The position numbers were made by a program, and so were the translations under genes. Positions 62,391-64,000 of a stretch of 64,000 nt of DNA are shown here, in pieces. Origin of the DNA: Balanoglossus misakiensis. Taxonomy: Eukaryota; Animalia; Hemichordata. The stretch spans positions 9,229,483 to 9,293,482 of the forward strand of contig CM082582.2 in assembly GCA_040954595.2 (NCBI GenBank), read 5' to 3'. The notes under the pieces were generated by a model, which saw only the letters and a program-made list of their open reading frames with translations, was not told the DNA's origin and searched no databases. How positions within the stretch are numbered: the stretch's first letter is position 1; each line of letters starts with the position of its first letter.

Positions 62391-63816
62391 TCAATAAAAC
62401 TTGTGGAAGGCTATTGCTAACGTCCATGCTGGCAGTTTGAGAAATCTTGGCACAAAGCAAGCAATCCAGGGATGGCCTAGAGCTTGAAGTACGTGCTTGA
62501 CGCGACGATAGTTAGGTGGCTCTTTCCCGTCAACATCTTTGAATCCATACTCGTCAGCTAACTCGCCAGTCCATAAAATATAACCGGATTTTTTCATGAT
62601 ATTTGGATCTATTGAAACAAAAACACCTAATGTCAGAGTATGCAATATTTTGGAGAACTTCACAGAAAATTCAAAGCTTTCTTATGTGAAATGTTTTTTT
62701 TTTACAGGCAATATATGGCAGTATATCAAACAATGATTTATTTTGCAATATTAGGTAAAAGCAACTGTTGATAAATGCCAATAGAAACAGTAAGTTGTTC
62801 TTTGTTTGAATGATGCCAACACATAGTGTGTTTCATGAATATGTAAATTCCATGCAAATTTCACATTATATATGCATAATCAGGTTTATGACTAATGCAC
62901 AGCCTGGTCTCTACTGCCTGAGAAGAACACATTCACTTTCTGATATTGCTGTCTCATGAATATCAAATAGGCAAGAGAAAACCCTGCAGAGTAGACCAGT
63001 CTGTGGTGTTTTGTGTTGAATGAGACTCACCAGTAGCTAGGTGCACTATACATTTCCCTGGGTACTCAATACTTTCACCATTTTCAAAACCTCGCAGTAA
63101 CTGTAAAAATAAATGAGAATATACTCTGCAAATGTCTCAGGAAGTAACAATAACTTTCATATACTTGTATGAGTAAATAATAACCAAAAGATGGCCACTT
63201 TCATCCATCCAGTCTCCATCTTGTTATATCTCAGTGTAGAAGTTTGTAAAACACATAAATTGGATTTATTGGCCGCCATGAAGCAATTAAATAATCATGA
63301 AAATTTGAACAGGAGAAATCATTCTAGCTTATTCTCTGTTTTTCTGATATCTGTTGATGAATATATAATGTATGCTTACCATATCATCTGCATCAAATTT
63401 GCCTTTAGTCAAGCCGTCTGTTATAATTTCTGTCTTGACAGGGCCTGGCCATAGTGACACACAGGCAATGTTGTGAGGTCTCAACTCCACAGCACAGTCC
63501 ACCATCATCTTATCACACTGCACAAAATCAAATCAAATCAAATCAACCAAGTGATATTATTGATAACACTGAATTATTTGTAATGGCGATTTTTGACAGT
63601 TTCAATGTCTTCAATGACAGAGAATAAATCACTGTTCAATTTACTACATGTATCACGCAATGTACCACAAAAATTAAACATACCCCAGCTTTGCCAGTAC
63701 CATATGGGACGGTAAAGAGATGTTCGACAGCACCCACTGAAGATATATTTATCATGAGTCCCCGTTTGTTTGGAATCATTAGCCTGGCTCCATACACGGC
63801 ACATATGTAATGGTTT
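62391..63816 (-). CDS. DHRS1: Dehydrogenase/reductase SDR family member 1-like, last four coding exons: 63816-63684, 63517-63380, 63100-63031 and 62608-62391 (5' part outside the window)
   Basis: Spliced translation is NHYICAVYGARLMIPNKRGLMINISSVGAVEHLFTVPYGTGKAG / CDKMMVDCAVELRPHNIACVSLWPGPVKTE...DDM / LLRGFENGESIEYPGKCIVHLAT / DPNIMKKSGYILWTGELADEYGFKDVDG...WIACFVPRFLKLPAWTLAIAFHKFY*. It has the SDR NISS and YxxxK motifs and a DHRS1-type C-terminus; all junctions are GT-AG with consistent phase. Confidence 0.9.
63525..63545 (+). repeat. (AAATC)4 microsatellite in a DHRS1 intron, forming the T-rich tract next to the acceptor
   Basis: aaatcaaatcaaatcaaatca immediately upstream (on the - strand) of the CAG acceptor at 63520-63518. 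Confidence 0.8.
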
Positions 63817-64000
63817 CTATGAAATAAACAAACAGATTGAGCTTGTAAACAGATCCCTGAAAATATAAGAAGATAATGAGGGATGGTTGAAGGTGATACA
63901 TTACACCACCAAATTTTATTTTATCAGCAGTTATGGATAACAGGTTTGGAGTTAATTGGATCTCTGATACTCATACAATTGGTGCACTAAAAAAAAGATG

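Overview
Eukaryotic (invertebrate-animal-like) genomic window with GT-AG introns and high GC3 in exons; no prokaryotic features, CRISPR or RNA genes are evident. From left to right it holds: the first coding exon of a VAT1/VAT1L-type gene (-), head-to-head with an intronless POMGNT2-like gene (+); an intronless speriolin-like gene (+); four full-length paralogous two-exon multi-pass membrane protein genes carrying a TPAxWTFxIW motif (two on -, two on +), arranged divergently around a secreted Frizzled-CRD-only gene (-); and four 3' exons of a DHRS1-like gene (-) at the right end. Two points stand out. (1) Splicing by hand gives two 84-aa genes (29423-29880 and 60823-61313) absent from the ORF track as whole proteins. 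They look like secreted mini-proteins derived from the N-terminus of the membrane-protein family, with the same intron position and phase, a shared new Cys-x22-Cys/YSCFG motif and an identical 19-bp upstream element. (2) Between them lies a ~28.4-kb array of an 87/88-bp satellite that reverses orientation at ~44,110 and has mirror-ordered sub-variant zones (A-B-C-A | C'-B'-A'). Family names come from motif recognition, not database searches.
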